A stretch of 31,513 nucleotides of DNA. Source: a virus. Taxonomy: Duplodnaviria; Caudoviricetes. Shown in pieces: positions 1 through 8,590 of this stretch. Location of the stretch: the IMG/VR virus record IMGVR_UViG_3300012933_000163, positions 1-31,513 of that record; one strand, written 5' to 3'. Within the stretch, counting starts at the first letter, position 1, and every line of letters begins with the position of its first letter. The notes below the pieces were generated by a model. That model was not told where the DNA came from and did not search any database. It saw nothing but the letters and a program-made list of their open reading frames with translations. A program made the translations under genes and the position numbers.

Positions 1-143
1 ACGATTGAATAAACAGAGTTCAAAGCCAATGCGTCAGCTTGTGTCGTACCCGTAGCTACCAAGTTATCAGCGTGATCGCCACTGATAGCTTGAGCAGTAA
101 ACGGGCCGATGCCAGTACCTTGGATTCTGCTTGGGATAGCCAT
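1..143 (-). CDS. virion structural protein downstream of capsid genes, 5' part only (runs off window)
   Basis: ATG at 143 two nt after stop of the 146-442 gene; open to window edge: MAIPSRIQGTGIGPFTAQAISGDHADNLVATGTTQADALALNSVLFNR. Confidence 0.6.
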   Translation of the reverse strand, partial: MAIPSRIQGTGIGPFTAQAISGDHADNLVATGTTQADALALNSVYSI

Positions 144-145
144 GA

Positions 146-442
146 TTAGACCGATGCCTTAGCAAACCAAGCGCGATCGCCAGAAGCCATTGCAACAGCA
201 GGGCTAGTGTACGAACCACCAGACGCAGTAACCAAAAAGGTTGTTGCGTTCACAGTGCAAGCAGTGGTAGATGCAGAGATCGAAGCGTTAGCTTGACCGT
301 ACACATACAACTTACCGTCAGAGCCCCAAACTTGAGAACCGAGAGCAGCATCAGTCACTTTGCCAGCAGCAATGTCAGCAGCCAAAGTAATGCCTTTGAG
401 ATCAGCACCAATCGAAGGGGTGCGGGAAAATGGAGTAGCCAT
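146..442 (-). CDS. putative capsid decoration/cement protein
   Basis: 98 aa, Ala/Gly/Ser/Thr-rich beta-type sequence directly after the major capsid gene; AAAGGA RBS. Confidence 0.55.
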   Translation of the reverse strand: MATPFSRTPSIGADLKGITLAADIAAGKVTDAALGSQVWGSDGKLYVYGQANASISASTTACTVNATTFLVTASGGSYTSPAVAMASGDRAWFAKASV

Positions 443-465
443 GATTATTTCCTTTAAAAAGTTAC

Positions 466-490
466 AAAAGAAAGGGCCGAAGCCCCTTCG
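466..490 (-). terminator. rho-independent terminator after major capsid gene
   Basis: minus strand GAAGGGGC-TTCG-GCCCTTTC-TTTT: 8-bp stem, UUCG loop, U tail. Confidence 0.8.
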
Positions 491-493
491 TTA

Positions 494-1486
494 TCAATCG
501 CTGAGGACTGCGTTGAACTGAGCGCCAGAGCAAGTCAATGCACCAGCCCAGCCGATCAAACGGGTAGTAGCGTCTTGGTTCACAGACTGACGATCGCCAC
601 CGATAGCCACAAAGTTGCGGTCTTTGTGTGGGCGGAAGAATGTGTACTTGGTGTTGATGAAGTACATGGTGTTAGTGGGGATAGAACCACCGATGCCACC
701 ATCCAAGAACACATCACAGTTCAAGCCAGCACCCATGTACTTGATCGAAGTGAAACCAGCAGCCGCGCTGTCCTCAGAAGTCACGCGCTGGATAGCTTGC
801 AACGATTCCAAGAAATAACGGTAGTAGTTGTTATCAGCAACAATCATGTCGGGACGATCAGTACCGCGAACGGTCTGAACAGCAACACGGTTCATGTAGC
901 TTTGGATGTTGGCAGAAGAAGCAGCAGCACCACCATCGGTAGTTGCATCAAATGCCACGTTACGCCAGAAAGCCCAGTTAGCGCGGTTGATACCACCGTA
1001 CGTACCAGTGGTAGGCGTTTTGGAGATCATTGCTTGCAAGCCGACCAATTCTTTACCGCCATCGCCAGTACCATCAGAATAGATAGATGCTGAGATTTTG
1101 TTTTGCAATTGGGCTTCTGCAATTTGAATACGGCCTTCAAGCATATCAATGATTTGCTCTGTACCGCTGTTTTGCAACATTTCAAAGCCAGAGATCGAAA
1201 TAGCAGCCGAGGCTTGTTTCAAATCAAACTGTGCAGCACTGATAGGGCTATTAGGAGTAATGTCGATGGTATCGTAACCGCTGTAAAAAGCAGCGTTCAG
1301 AGTATTAGCATCGTTATACATCAACTCTTGCATGATGACGTTGCCGCCAGAAACAGTTTTCACGTTGCCGCGCTGTTTCAGCTTCATCAACAAAGCGTTG
1401 TTTTTGGTTACGGAATCCGCCAGAGAGCCTGAACGGGACTGAATTGTGGTAGTGATTACATCACTAATATTTGCAAAGGTTGCCAT
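494..1486 (-). CDS. major capsid protein (HK97-fold)
   Basis: 330 aa; position after scaffold; coat-like motifs (ADSVTKNNALL, TGTYGGINRA, RQSVNQDA..LIGWAGALT); followed by terminator. Confidence 0.85.
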   Translation of the reverse strand: MATFANISDVITTTIQSRSGSLADSVTKNNALLMKLKQRGNVKTVSGGNVIMQELMYNDANTLNAAFYSGYDTIDITPNSPISAAQFDLKQASAAISISGFEMLQNSGTEQIIDMLEGRIQIAEAQLQNKISASIYSDGTGDGGKELVGLQAMISKTPTTGTYGGINRANWAFWRNVAFDATTDGGAAASSANIQSYMNRVAVQTVRGTDRPDMIVADNNYYRYFLESLQAIQRVTSEDSAAAGFTSIKYMGAGLNCDVFLDGGIGGSIPTNTMYFINTKYTFFRPHKDRNFVAIGGDRQSVNQDATTRLIGWAGALTCSGAQFNAVLSD

Positions 1487-1496
1487 GAAATTTCCT

Positions 1497-2177
1497 TTAA
1501 GAGTTCAAAAGTTGAGCCGCTTTTCTAGCCGCAAATGCTGCTTTCTTAGCCGCGCTTATAGCTGCGCCTACTTTTTTCCTTTGCTCATCATCGTAAAGAG
1601 GCTGGAGTAATCCATGCTTTCTTAACTCTGCATTTTGCTTACGGATTTCAATAGACTTAGCTAGTGCAGCAGGTGTTGGCTTTACGCCGCTTTCCCGCTT
1701 AGTTTTGCTTATCTTTTCTTTCACTTCATCAGGTATTCTGATGCCGCGTCTAGAACCGACTCGCCTTTCGACCAACTCAGGTGTCTGAGAACCAGTCTTA
1801 ATTCCTTTATTCCAAGGAATACCGCCCTTCTTGCTTTGGCTTATTTTTTCGCGGGTTTCGCTACTTCTAATAATGCCAAGACTTGAATTGGCTTTAGGAT
1901 TCGCATTGTATCCATTCTTACCATAAGCTGACAAGATATCAATCCAATGCTGCTCCCTTTCAATTAAAAACTGTGGCTCTACAAGCTCAACAATTTCAAA
2001 CAAAAAAGAATCCTCGCCATATATTTCATATGCTCTTTGTAAGTGTTTGCTGTGGTGTTTATTTCCACGCAGGTAAGACTTGTGTTCAGCCCACCTGCGT
2101 TTAATATTTACAGCTGAACCAACATAGCATTTACTATTTTTGATATTAACTATCTTGTAAATACCTGATTGGTTCAT
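1497..2177 (-). CDS. GIY-YIG homing endonuclease with NUMOD3-type repeats
   Basis: SGIYKIVN..CYVGSA..RRWAEH catalytic domain; NUMOD3-like SSETREKISQSKKG and PDEVKEKISKTKR; lower GC than flanks. Confidence 0.9.
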   Translation of the reverse strand: MNQSGIYKIVNIKNSKCYVGSAVNIKRRWAEHKSYLRGNKHHSKHLQRAYEIYGEDSFLFEIVELVEPQFLIEREQHWIDILSAYGKNGYNANPKANSSLGIIRSSETREKISQSKKGGIPWNKGIKTGSQTPELVERRVGSRRGIRIPDEVKEKISKTKRESGVKPTPAALAKSIEIRKQNAELRKHGLLQPLYDDEQRKKVGAAISAAKKAAFAARKAAQLLNS

Positions 2178-2185
2178 ATTACCTC

Positions 2186-3184
2186 TTACTTAGCAAATTG
2201 GGCAGCGAGAATATCTCGCAAAGACCCACCTTGGGGCTGAGACCCGCCAGAACTAGGAGAACTACCTTTGACACTAATACTCGCAGTTTTTGCGCGTTGT
2301 GTACGTTGCTGTTCTTCAAACTTCTTCTGAGCTTCAATCCGTTGCTGTTCGATTAGGGTTTGCCTAACATCAGGACGCATCCAGATAGCCATTTCGTAGG
2401 CTTGTTCTAACGATTGGGCTTTTCCGCTTTCCAGCAAATCCGCCATATCGTTCCGCACTGCCTCGAAGTGCGTTTTATCACCATTACTTGAGAAATTCGT
2501 TAACTCATAGTTAGCTTTTTCTCTTTCTTGCTGTTGGATAGTATTTTGCCACATTTGCTGAGTTTGTTGCAACTCCCTCAATTGGCTCATTAAATACTGT
2601 GTTTGTGGGTCTTGTTGTGGCACTTCTTGCGCCATGCCTAAATCAATACCGTAATCCTGCGCAATCTTATTCAACATAGCCGCTTTTGTAGCGGGGTCTG
2701 AATATCGCAGAGTATGTTCAACTTGAAGCATACGAGCCGCAGCAGTAGGGCCGTCTAAGCCCATTTGCTGAATAGTTTGCTGATAAGGCTGTAACGCTTG
2801 CTCAAATTCACGGGCGCGTTGTGCGTGTGTTTTATAGCCTTCTAAACCCTTGTGATAGTCAGCTTCACGGCGATTAGCCTCAGCAGTGAGTAATTTAATC
2901 TCTTGCGGGGTTAATTGCTCACCACGCTCTGCCTTGATGTAAGCCTCTTTAGCTTCAGGCTTCCAACTAGAGGGCGCTTTGATCTCTGGTTCAGCAGTAG
3001 GCGGTGCAATAGGCTCGCTTTGGGCTTCTTGCGTTTCCTTTGCGGAAAACTTACCTGAATCATCACGGGGTTGCTCATTTGTAAGCTCCGTGTCAGGTTC
3101 ATTGACTACATTGGTATCTTGGGACACCTCTGTTTCGTTTTTTTCAAAAGCGGCCTCAAGTGCTGCGCGGAGATCGTCTGACAT
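2186..3184 (-). CDS. capsid scaffolding protein
   Basis: 332 aa acidic, Gln-rich helical protein upstream of capsid gene; RDDSGKF and APSSW motifs; C-terminal SLRDILAAQF helix. Confidence 0.75.
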   Translation of the reverse strand: MSDDLRAALEAAFEKNETEVSQDTNVVNEPDTELTNEQPRDDSGKFSAKETQEAQSEPIAPPTAEPEIKAPSSWKPEAKEAYIKAERGEQLTPQEIKLLTAEANRREADYHKGLEGYKTHAQRAREFEQALQPYQQTIQQMGLDGPTAAARMLQVEHTLRYSDPATKAAMLNKIAQDYGIDLGMAQEVPQQDPQTQYLMSQLRELQQTQQMWQNTIQQQEREKANYELTNFSSNGDKTHFEAVRNDMADLLESGKAQSLEQAYEMAIWMRPDVRQTLIEQQRIEAQKKFEEQQRTQRAKTASISVKGSSPSSGGSQPQGGSLRDILAAQFAK

Positions 3185-3186
3185 AT

Positions 3187-3201
3187 TAGGGTTTTCCTAA
3201 G
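3187..3201 (-). promoter_or_regulatory. 15-bp motif CTTAGGAAAACCCTA, copy 1 (before scaffold gene)
   Basis: exact match to 15814-15828. Confidence 0.5.
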
Positions 3202-3592
3202 GTTGTTGAGAAACTTTTAGTAGCCTTGCATCGTGCAGGGCATGGTGTACTGACTTAATCTTGATTGATCTATCAAGTACAAAATGTATTTTTGGCGTTT
3301 TAATGGCGCTGCCAGTGCCAACAATCAATGATTCACAAAAATGGCGAATGTCATCAGGCCAATCGGCCACAATTTCAACTTCATCATGTTTTGCCAAGAA
3401 TTCATATAGCGATTGCTGAAAGTCGTACAGACAAAGAGGGCGTTTATCAATGACTACGTTGTTAATAGCCCAAATGTCTCTTATTGGGTTAACAAGGCAC
3501 TCATACCATTCATCTTCACCAGATAACGCCATAGACAGTAACGGGCCGTGAAACCCGTCAAATTCACAGTCTAGGTAATATCGCTTCATCAA
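3197..3592 (-). CDS. DEDDh 3'-5' exo(ribo)nuclease, RNase AS/Rv2179c-like
   Basis: YYLDCEF (ExoI DxE), ADWPDD (ExoII), HHALHDA (ExoIII HxxxxD). Confidence 0.7.
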   Translation of the reverse strand: MMKRYYLDCEFDGFHGPLLSMALSGEDEWYECLVNPIRDIWAINNVVIDKRPLCLYDFQQSLYEFLAKHDEVEIVADWPDDIRHFCESLIVGTGSAIKTPKIHFVLDRSIKIKSVHHALHDARLLKVSQQP

Positions 3593-3984
3593 TAACCCAG
3601 TTTTTGCATTGACGTATGAATATCCCTACGGATTTGTTCACGGTCTACTTTTGGCGCTTGTTTGGTTGTATGGGCTTTGATTTCATTGCCGACCTCAACA
3701 AGTCGATGAGCTTTCAAATGTTCACGGTGCTGAGAGCGTGAGCTAATCCATTCGCCTGTTTGCATGGATTTATAGCCAGCAATATCGTTCATCACCATCG
3801 GAGCGTTTACGTCACTTGAGCCGTAATATTCAGATTTAGGGATTAGCTTATTAGTCTCTTTGTCAAATACAAAAGAGCCACGCTCTGCGCGTTTGTTGCC
3901 GAAAATAGCATCAAAGCCTTTGTCGAAGGCGTCTTTATCTGTTGGGCGTTGGTCGCTGCCCTTGCCGCCATCTGAGTATTTCAT
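3589..3984 (-). CDS. conserved phage hypothetical protein of head module
   Basis: 131 aa; DIAGYKSMQTGEWISSRSQHREHLK motif recalled from genes before scaffold in similar phages; ATGA overlap with next gene. Confidence 0.6.
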   Translation of the reverse strand: MKYSDGGKGSDQRPTDKDAFDKGFDAIFGNKRAERGSFVFDKETNKLIPKSEYYGSSDVNAPMVMNDIAGYKSMQTGEWISSRSQHREHLKAHRLVEVGNEIKAHTTKQAPKVDREQIRRDIHTSMQKLGY

Positions 3985-3995
3985 AAGGGTTTACC

Positions 3996-4370
3996 TCACA
4001 TTAATAACAGCATAACTGCTTCAGTTTCATCTTCTTCATCACGTATACGGCGAAGTTCTAGCGTGATTATAAGCTGTTTTGCAATGAATAGCGCCATCTC
4101 TGCGTTATTCGATACTTTTGAGTAATCAATGCCTTGGAATTGCTTACGCGCCTCTGGTACTGCTTTTAACGCCTCAACAGGGTTTTCTTGTACCGCTTCG
4201 ATTACTTCGGCAAGTGTTGGCTTTTTCTTTTCGTGCTGTTTCTTCCACCAGCGCAGGAGATGCTCGGGAATATAGCCGCCGTCATGCTGATCGGGTTGTG
4301 GCGGGGTTACGGCTGTCCCCCAGCTATTCAGCCAAGATAAGCCCCACGATTTACCCCATGCACTAGCCAT
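3996..4370 (-). CDS. hypothetical protein with N-terminal Trp repeat
   Basis: MASAWGKSWGLSWLNSWG; C-terminal DEEDETEAVMLLLM. Confidence 0.65.
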   Translation of the reverse strand: MASAWGKSWGLSWLNSWGTAVTPPQPDQHDGGYIPEHLLRWWKKQHEKKKPTLAEVIEAVQENPVEALKAVPEARKQFQGIDYSKVSNNAEMALFIAKQLIITLELRRIRDEEDETEAVMLLLM

Positions 4371-4383
4371 TTTTAATCACCCA

Positions 4384-4392
4384 TGATATACT
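4384..4392 (+). promoter_or_regulatory. extended -10 promoter for antisense HNH gene
   Basis: TGaTATACT matches TGnTAnnnT; followed by structured leader. Confidence 0.45.
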
Positions 4393-4461
4393 TGGCGCAA
4401 CAGAGCGAGAGTGCAATCCCGCTTTGTTACTTCCCAAACCATTGCAAAGGAGTGCAACAGC

Positions 4462-4971
4462 ATGAGCAAATACGATTCTACTATTTCGCAAGAATATGTC
4501 CGAGAAATCTTTGATTGTCCACCAGAAGGCGGTCTTATTTGGAAAAAGAAAACTAGCCAATTTAGCCGAATCAAAATAGGCCAGCGAGCTGGGTGCAAGT
4601 TTGCAAATGGCTATGTCATAGTTTTGCTTAAGAAGTGCCCCATTCCTGCACATCGAATCATATTTCTTTGGCATCATGGATGGTTGCCAGAAACGATTGA
4701 CCACATTAACGGCATCAAAGACGACAATCGAATTGAAAACCTTAGAGCCGCCACATACTCGCAAAACAATATGAACCGCAAGTCTGACGCTAATTGCCAC
4801 GGCTTGAAAGGCGTCAGTTATTCGACATACAACAAACGAAAGTTTAGAGCCACCATTACGGTTAACGGGAAATACATTCATATCGGCGTGTTTAATACAG
4901 CCCAAGAAGCCCATGAAGCCTATTGCAAGAAAGCGAAAGAACTTCATGGGGAGTTTGCCCATATTGATTAA
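4462..4971 (+). CDS. HNH homing endonuclease with AP2-like C-terminal domain
   Basis: AHRIIF..IDHINGIKDDNRIENLR; KGVS..FRATITVNGKYIHIGVF AP2 domain; AAGGAG RBS before ATG 4462; antisense to late operon. Confidence 0.9.
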   Translation: MSKYDSTISQEYVREIFDCPPEGGLIWKKKTSQFSRIKIGQRAGCKFANGYVIVLLKKCPIPAHRIIFLWHHGWLPETIDHINGIKDDNRIENLRAATYSQNNMNRKSDANCHGLKGVSYSTYNKRKFRATITVNGKYIHIGVFNTAQEAHEAYCKKAKELHGEFAHID

Positions 4972-7736
4972 TCAACGGGGTTCCATGGGTCATTGTCCTC
5001 ACCTGTACCCTTGACTTCAATGTCATTCACGTACTGAATGTTTGAATCAATAACATTTGGTATTGTGAACGTCATGTTGTCTGTTTTTGCCTGAATTTCA
5101 TTTACATTAATCTGCATGATTTCAACCTTAGTCAAAATCTCTATGACTTCAGGAGCTTCTGCGAGCTGAATTTGCTCCCCTACATAGAACGCTTGGGTAT
5201 AAACACCCTTTGACATTGATGTACGGCGGCGAATGTTGGAGTTTGTATCCACACCCACAATATCAAATCCTGACACGCCAATAAAGCGATATGTCACGTT
5301 TCCGACAGTAGCCAGCAATGTTCCTGTGGCGTAGTCAGCAGTAGGAGTTGAAGTTGTAACCTTCCACAATTCAAACGTACCGTCACCACCGTTCAAAGTA
5401 ACAGAACTGTTGCCGTTTGCATCTTCAATGGCGATAGTCAGAACTTCGGTAGTGTTAGCAGTGATAGTTGCGGGTGGAGTTGCAATCTCAGTCGAATACT
5501 TGCTATCACCTGCGTAGCTAGTGGACTTTGTTGTGATAACAGAGCCTGTCACCGAGTAAACAGAGGCCGCGTCTTTGTTGATCTTGTGGCTGAATGTGCC
5601 GATTTCCAATGATGTACCCGAGCGAGTAACCATCTGGCCTAGCTTAATGCCTTGCTCTGACAATCGGAAATAGGCTGTACGATCATAAAACTTGCTAGAA
5701 GTCTCAATAGCCGTGTAAGCCGCCACCGTTGCCTTATTGGTTTCAGTGATGCCCACATCCTCGATATAGATAGGCTCATAGAACAAATATCCGCCAGTGT
5801 TAAACGCAAAAGAGCCTGACTGTCGCTGATAGCCAAAACGCTCAATAGCCCAATTACCAGTGCCAGCAGTGCCAGGGGCGCTGTAATACGGGAAATCGCC
5901 GCCTGTCGTTATCTCTTGTTGAAATAGCTTTGTTGTGCCTGTGCTGTCATAAATAATGATTGATGAACCAGCAGCAATGTTTTTCAATTCAAATGTTGTT
6001 GATGTACCAGCAGTAGAGGCATAAATACCTGCAATTTTGCCTGTGCCGTTCAATGTTACGGTAGGCGCGTAGAAGTATGTGATTGCAGTTCCAGCGCTAA
6101 TTGTGCGGCCTGTATTGACTACCAAACTCCAACCCGTTGCCAAAGAAAGGTTTTCGCCTGATAACGTGCGTGGGTCAGCGTTTGCGCTGCCTGTGGTCTG
6201 CGCCAATTCCCATGCAATACGGGCGTTAATTTGGTCATAAGATAAATCAGCGGTAGGTGTGATTGTCTTCGTTGTCCAGTTAATGCCAGCCGTAGTAATT
6301 GCCGATGCTGTTGCTTCGCTAATGCTAGACAAATATGCGTCTGTCAGCATAAAGAACGGTTGCGAGTAAGCGTCAAAGTTCAGTGAATAGCTAGTCGATT
6401 GTTCAATGTAGCCATACTTTCGAACCTGCGCCACTTGTGCGATTGTGTCTGTGAAACTGTCGCACACACGGTACGAGGTTGTCGTAGTCGTCCAAGTCAG
6501 AATAAGTGCTTGCGTGTTGGCTGAGTAGTCACCAGCTTGCACCGCGTTAATGACCGATGTACTGCCACTCTTGATGTAAAGCGTAACATTCGCCAAGTTT
6601 GCTGCCGTTGAATCGTTGAACTCAAATGCAACCGTGCGCGGAAAGTTCAGCGTATTAGGGCCACCATAACGCTGATACTTTGTTTTGAGGTCATTTAAAC
6701 CCCATCCAGCCGTTGTTAGGTTGATGTTTGAATATGTCTCTGTCGTGCTGTTTGCAAATCCACCTAAGAACTGAGCCGATGTAACCTGTGGAGCATAGCC
6801 GTCAAGCGTGAAGCCGTTTGGCATTGAAAACTTGTGCTGTGGCGTTGATTGATAGTTACCCACATAGTACAAACCATCAAACGTAGCAAAGTTAGTGCCG
6901 TTTGTTGCACTAATACCAGAGTTTGCCTTAACGATGTAAGTGTTCTTCAATGTGCCATAAGCCGCACCAATTGAAGCGTTAGCACCAGCACTGTCGCCTT
7001 GATGGTCAAGAATCATGTTTTCAACAATCATCTCCATGCGACCAGCAGCAAAGTAGAACGAGGCGTTAGAGCCTGCATATTCCACGAAGCGGACATTGTG
7101 CATACGGAACTTGCCCGTCATCGCGCCCGTCGCTGTACCTGTCCACATATTAGAGCCGCCAGCGCCGCCGTTGTTCCATGAGTTTGAATAGAACGTAGGG
7201 CCAGCGGTTTTCATAAACTGAGTACCGTTGACCAAATAACCGCCGCGAAGCTCACCAAGAATCGTAACGCCTGCAAACTGCCAGCGACCACCGACACCAA
7301 ACTCTAGCGTCCAGTTCAAGAAGTCAAACACCGCACCAGCAACAATGTCTTGCCAAATGACTGTTAAACCACCAGGAAAAAGAATCTCACGCTTTGCAAT
7401 GTTGTCCGACATAACGCCAAAACCAGCGTCATAAATGTTTTGAGGCGTTGCGTAGTCTGTTGCGCCTGACATTGTGATAGTCAGCGTAGAGCCGTAAACA
7501 GAGCTAAAAATGAGTTGTTGCGTTCCGCTTGCCGTAGCCGTTACAGCAACACCGCTTGCATTGACAAGGCCAATCGTTGTTCCGCTAATAGAGCCAATTC
7601 GTGTACCAGTCGGGATGCCAGTGCCTTGAATGGTTGCACCGACAACTAAACCAGTATTGGAAACAACGATTGTTGACTGCCCACTCGTTAGCGTAGCCCC
7701 TCGCGCCGTTCCCGTCATTACGATGCTGATAGCCAT
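4968..7736 (-). CDS. large beta-rich virion protein (spike/fibre-like)
   Basis: 922 aa, T/G/S/A/N-rich, beta-helix-like central part; C-terminal IDSNIQYVNDIEVKGTG..DPWNP. Confidence 0.55.
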   Translation of the reverse strand: MAISIVMTGTARGATLTSGQSTIVVSNTGLVVGATIQGTGIPTGTRIGSISGTTIGLVNASGVAVTATASGTQQLIFSSVYGSTLTITMSGATDYATPQNIYDAGFGVMSDNIAKREILFPGGLTVIWQDIVAGAVFDFLNWTLEFGVGGRWQFAGVTILGELRGGYLVNGTQFMKTAGPTFYSNSWNNGGAGGSNMWTGTATGAMTGKFRMHNVRFVEYAGSNASFYFAAGRMEMIVENMILDHQGDSAGANASIGAAYGTLKNTYIVKANSGISATNGTNFATFDGLYYVGNYQSTPQHKFSMPNGFTLDGYAPQVTSAQFLGGFANSTTETYSNINLTTAGWGLNDLKTKYQRYGGPNTLNFPRTVAFEFNDSTAANLANVTLYIKSGSTSVINAVQAGDYSANTQALILTWTTTTTSYRVCDSFTDTIAQVAQVRKYGYIEQSTSYSLNFDAYSQPFFMLTDAYLSSISEATASAITTAGINWTTKTITPTADLSYDQINARIAWELAQTTGSANADPRTLSGENLSLATGWSLVVNTGRTISAGTAITYFYAPTVTLNGTGKIAGIYASTAGTSTTFELKNIAAGSSIIIYDSTGTTKLFQQEITTGGDFPYYSAPGTAGTGNWAIERFGYQRQSGSFAFNTGGYLFYEPIYIEDVGITETNKATVAAYTAIETSSKFYDRTAYFRLSEQGIKLGQMVTRSGTSLEIGTFSHKINKDAASVYSVTGSVITTKSTSYAGDSKYSTEIATPPATITANTTEVLTIAIEDANGNSSVTLNGGDGTFELWKVTTSTPTADYATGTLLATVGNVTYRFIGVSGFDIVGVDTNSNIRRRTSMSKGVYTQAFYVGEQIQLAEAPEVIEILTKVEIMQINVNEIQAKTDNMTFTIPNVIDSNIQYVNDIEVKGTGEDNDPWNPVD

Positions 7737-7819
7737 TATTCTTTATCCTTTGGTGTAGTTTCATCAGGCTTTGGCGGCTTTTTGCGCCCGTAATACCTAC
7801 CCTGCAATATTGAGTGCAT
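7736..7819 (-). CDS. 27-aa basic peptide MHSILQGRYYGRKKPPKPDETTPKDKE
   Basis: GGAG RBS; TAATG stop/start coupling to the 922-aa gene. Confidence 0.4.
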   Translation of the reverse strand: MHSILQGRYYGRKKPPKPDETTPKDKE

Positions 7820-7843
7820 ATAAGCTCCGTTAGTTAGCTTATT

Positions 7844-8029
7844 TTAGTCGCAAACACCAGCTAGAGCAAAGCCATTAGCCTGTTCTTGTGCCGCCGCTAA
7901 CTCTTTAGCCTTCTTCTCAATCTCGATTGATAGGCCATGATTGTCGTAGCTGACTTTGCCCGTCACGCCAGACATAACAAGGGCGACTATTACCGCCCAG
8001 TCTTTTATCTTATCGGTTACGCTTGCCAT
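7844..8029 (-). CDS. small membrane-anchored protein
   Basis: one hydrophobic segment (WAVIVALVMSGV) then coiled-coil-like stretch. Confidence 0.5.
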   Translation of the reverse strand: MASVTDKIKDWAVIVALVMSGVTGKVSYDNHGLSIEIEKKAKELAAAQEQANGFALAGVCD

Positions 8030-8303
8030 TTGTAACCGCCAAGTACAAATAGAAAAAAGCGATTGTCCCGATGCCTAAGTCTTTAAGCGCCCAAAGTGGC
8101 AAATCAGCATCAGTCGGGCTAACTCCCGTAACCATGAACTGAATATTACGCACACCCTGCGCTGCAAGCCCTAGCGAGGCCATCATCAAGCCTAATTTGT
8201 GCCATGTAGGGTATAGGCGCATACGCTCACCCAAAGCCCCTGCAAAGATGATTAAAGCGCCGCCAAGGTCAACAATCGTAAGAAGTGCAAACAGCATAAT
8301 CAT
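8010..8303 (-). CDS. small multi-TM membrane protein (holin-like)
   Basis: 97 aa, three hydrophobic segments; ATGA overlap. Confidence 0.55.
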   Translation of the reverse strand: MIMLFALLTIVDLGGALIIFAGALGERMRLYPTWHKLGLMMASLGLAAQGVRNIQFMVTGVSPTDADLPLWALKDLGIGTIAFFYLYLAVTNGKRNR

Positions 8304-8590
8304 TTATAGCCCTTTATAGCGTACCAAAATATCAACATTGAAGCCGCAATATCTTTTGTAATCCAAAGCGGGAAATATCGGTCTGTCGGGTATTTGCCAA
8401 ACTCAAAAAAGTGAGTTGTGCGAATAACCTGAACCAATAGGCCAAAGCACATCACCAACAAAGCCACCTTGATAAACGTAGGCAACTTGTAGCGTTCACC
8501 GTGTAAAGCCATTAAAAACACAGTGCCAACAGCGATTAGCTCAATGATTAACATTGAAGCTAACCAAAAAGCTAGTGTTTTGTCGTTCAT
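8300..8590 (-). CDS. small multi-TM membrane protein (holin-like)
   Basis: 96 aa, three hydrophobic segments; PLWITKD resembles PLWALKD of the neighbouring gene. Confidence 0.55.
   Translation of the reverse strand: MNDKTLAFWLASMLIIELIAVGTVFLMALHGERYKLPTFIKVALLVMCFGLLVQVIRTTHFFEFGKYPTDRYFPLWITKDIAASMLIFWYAIKGYK

Noticed and set aside
575-1432. Plus-strand ORFs (172, 67 and 109 aa) opposite the capsid gene
   Set aside because: Antisense shadows of a strongly codon-biased gene; no RBS or motifs.
1487-2185. Group I intron around the GIY-YIG gene
   Set aside because: Flanking genes are intact and only 8-10 nt of spacer exist, leaving no room for an intron core.
4363-4962. 199-aa minus-strand ORF in late-operon orientation
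   Set aside because: Antisense of a clear HNH-AP2 gene; no recognisable features.
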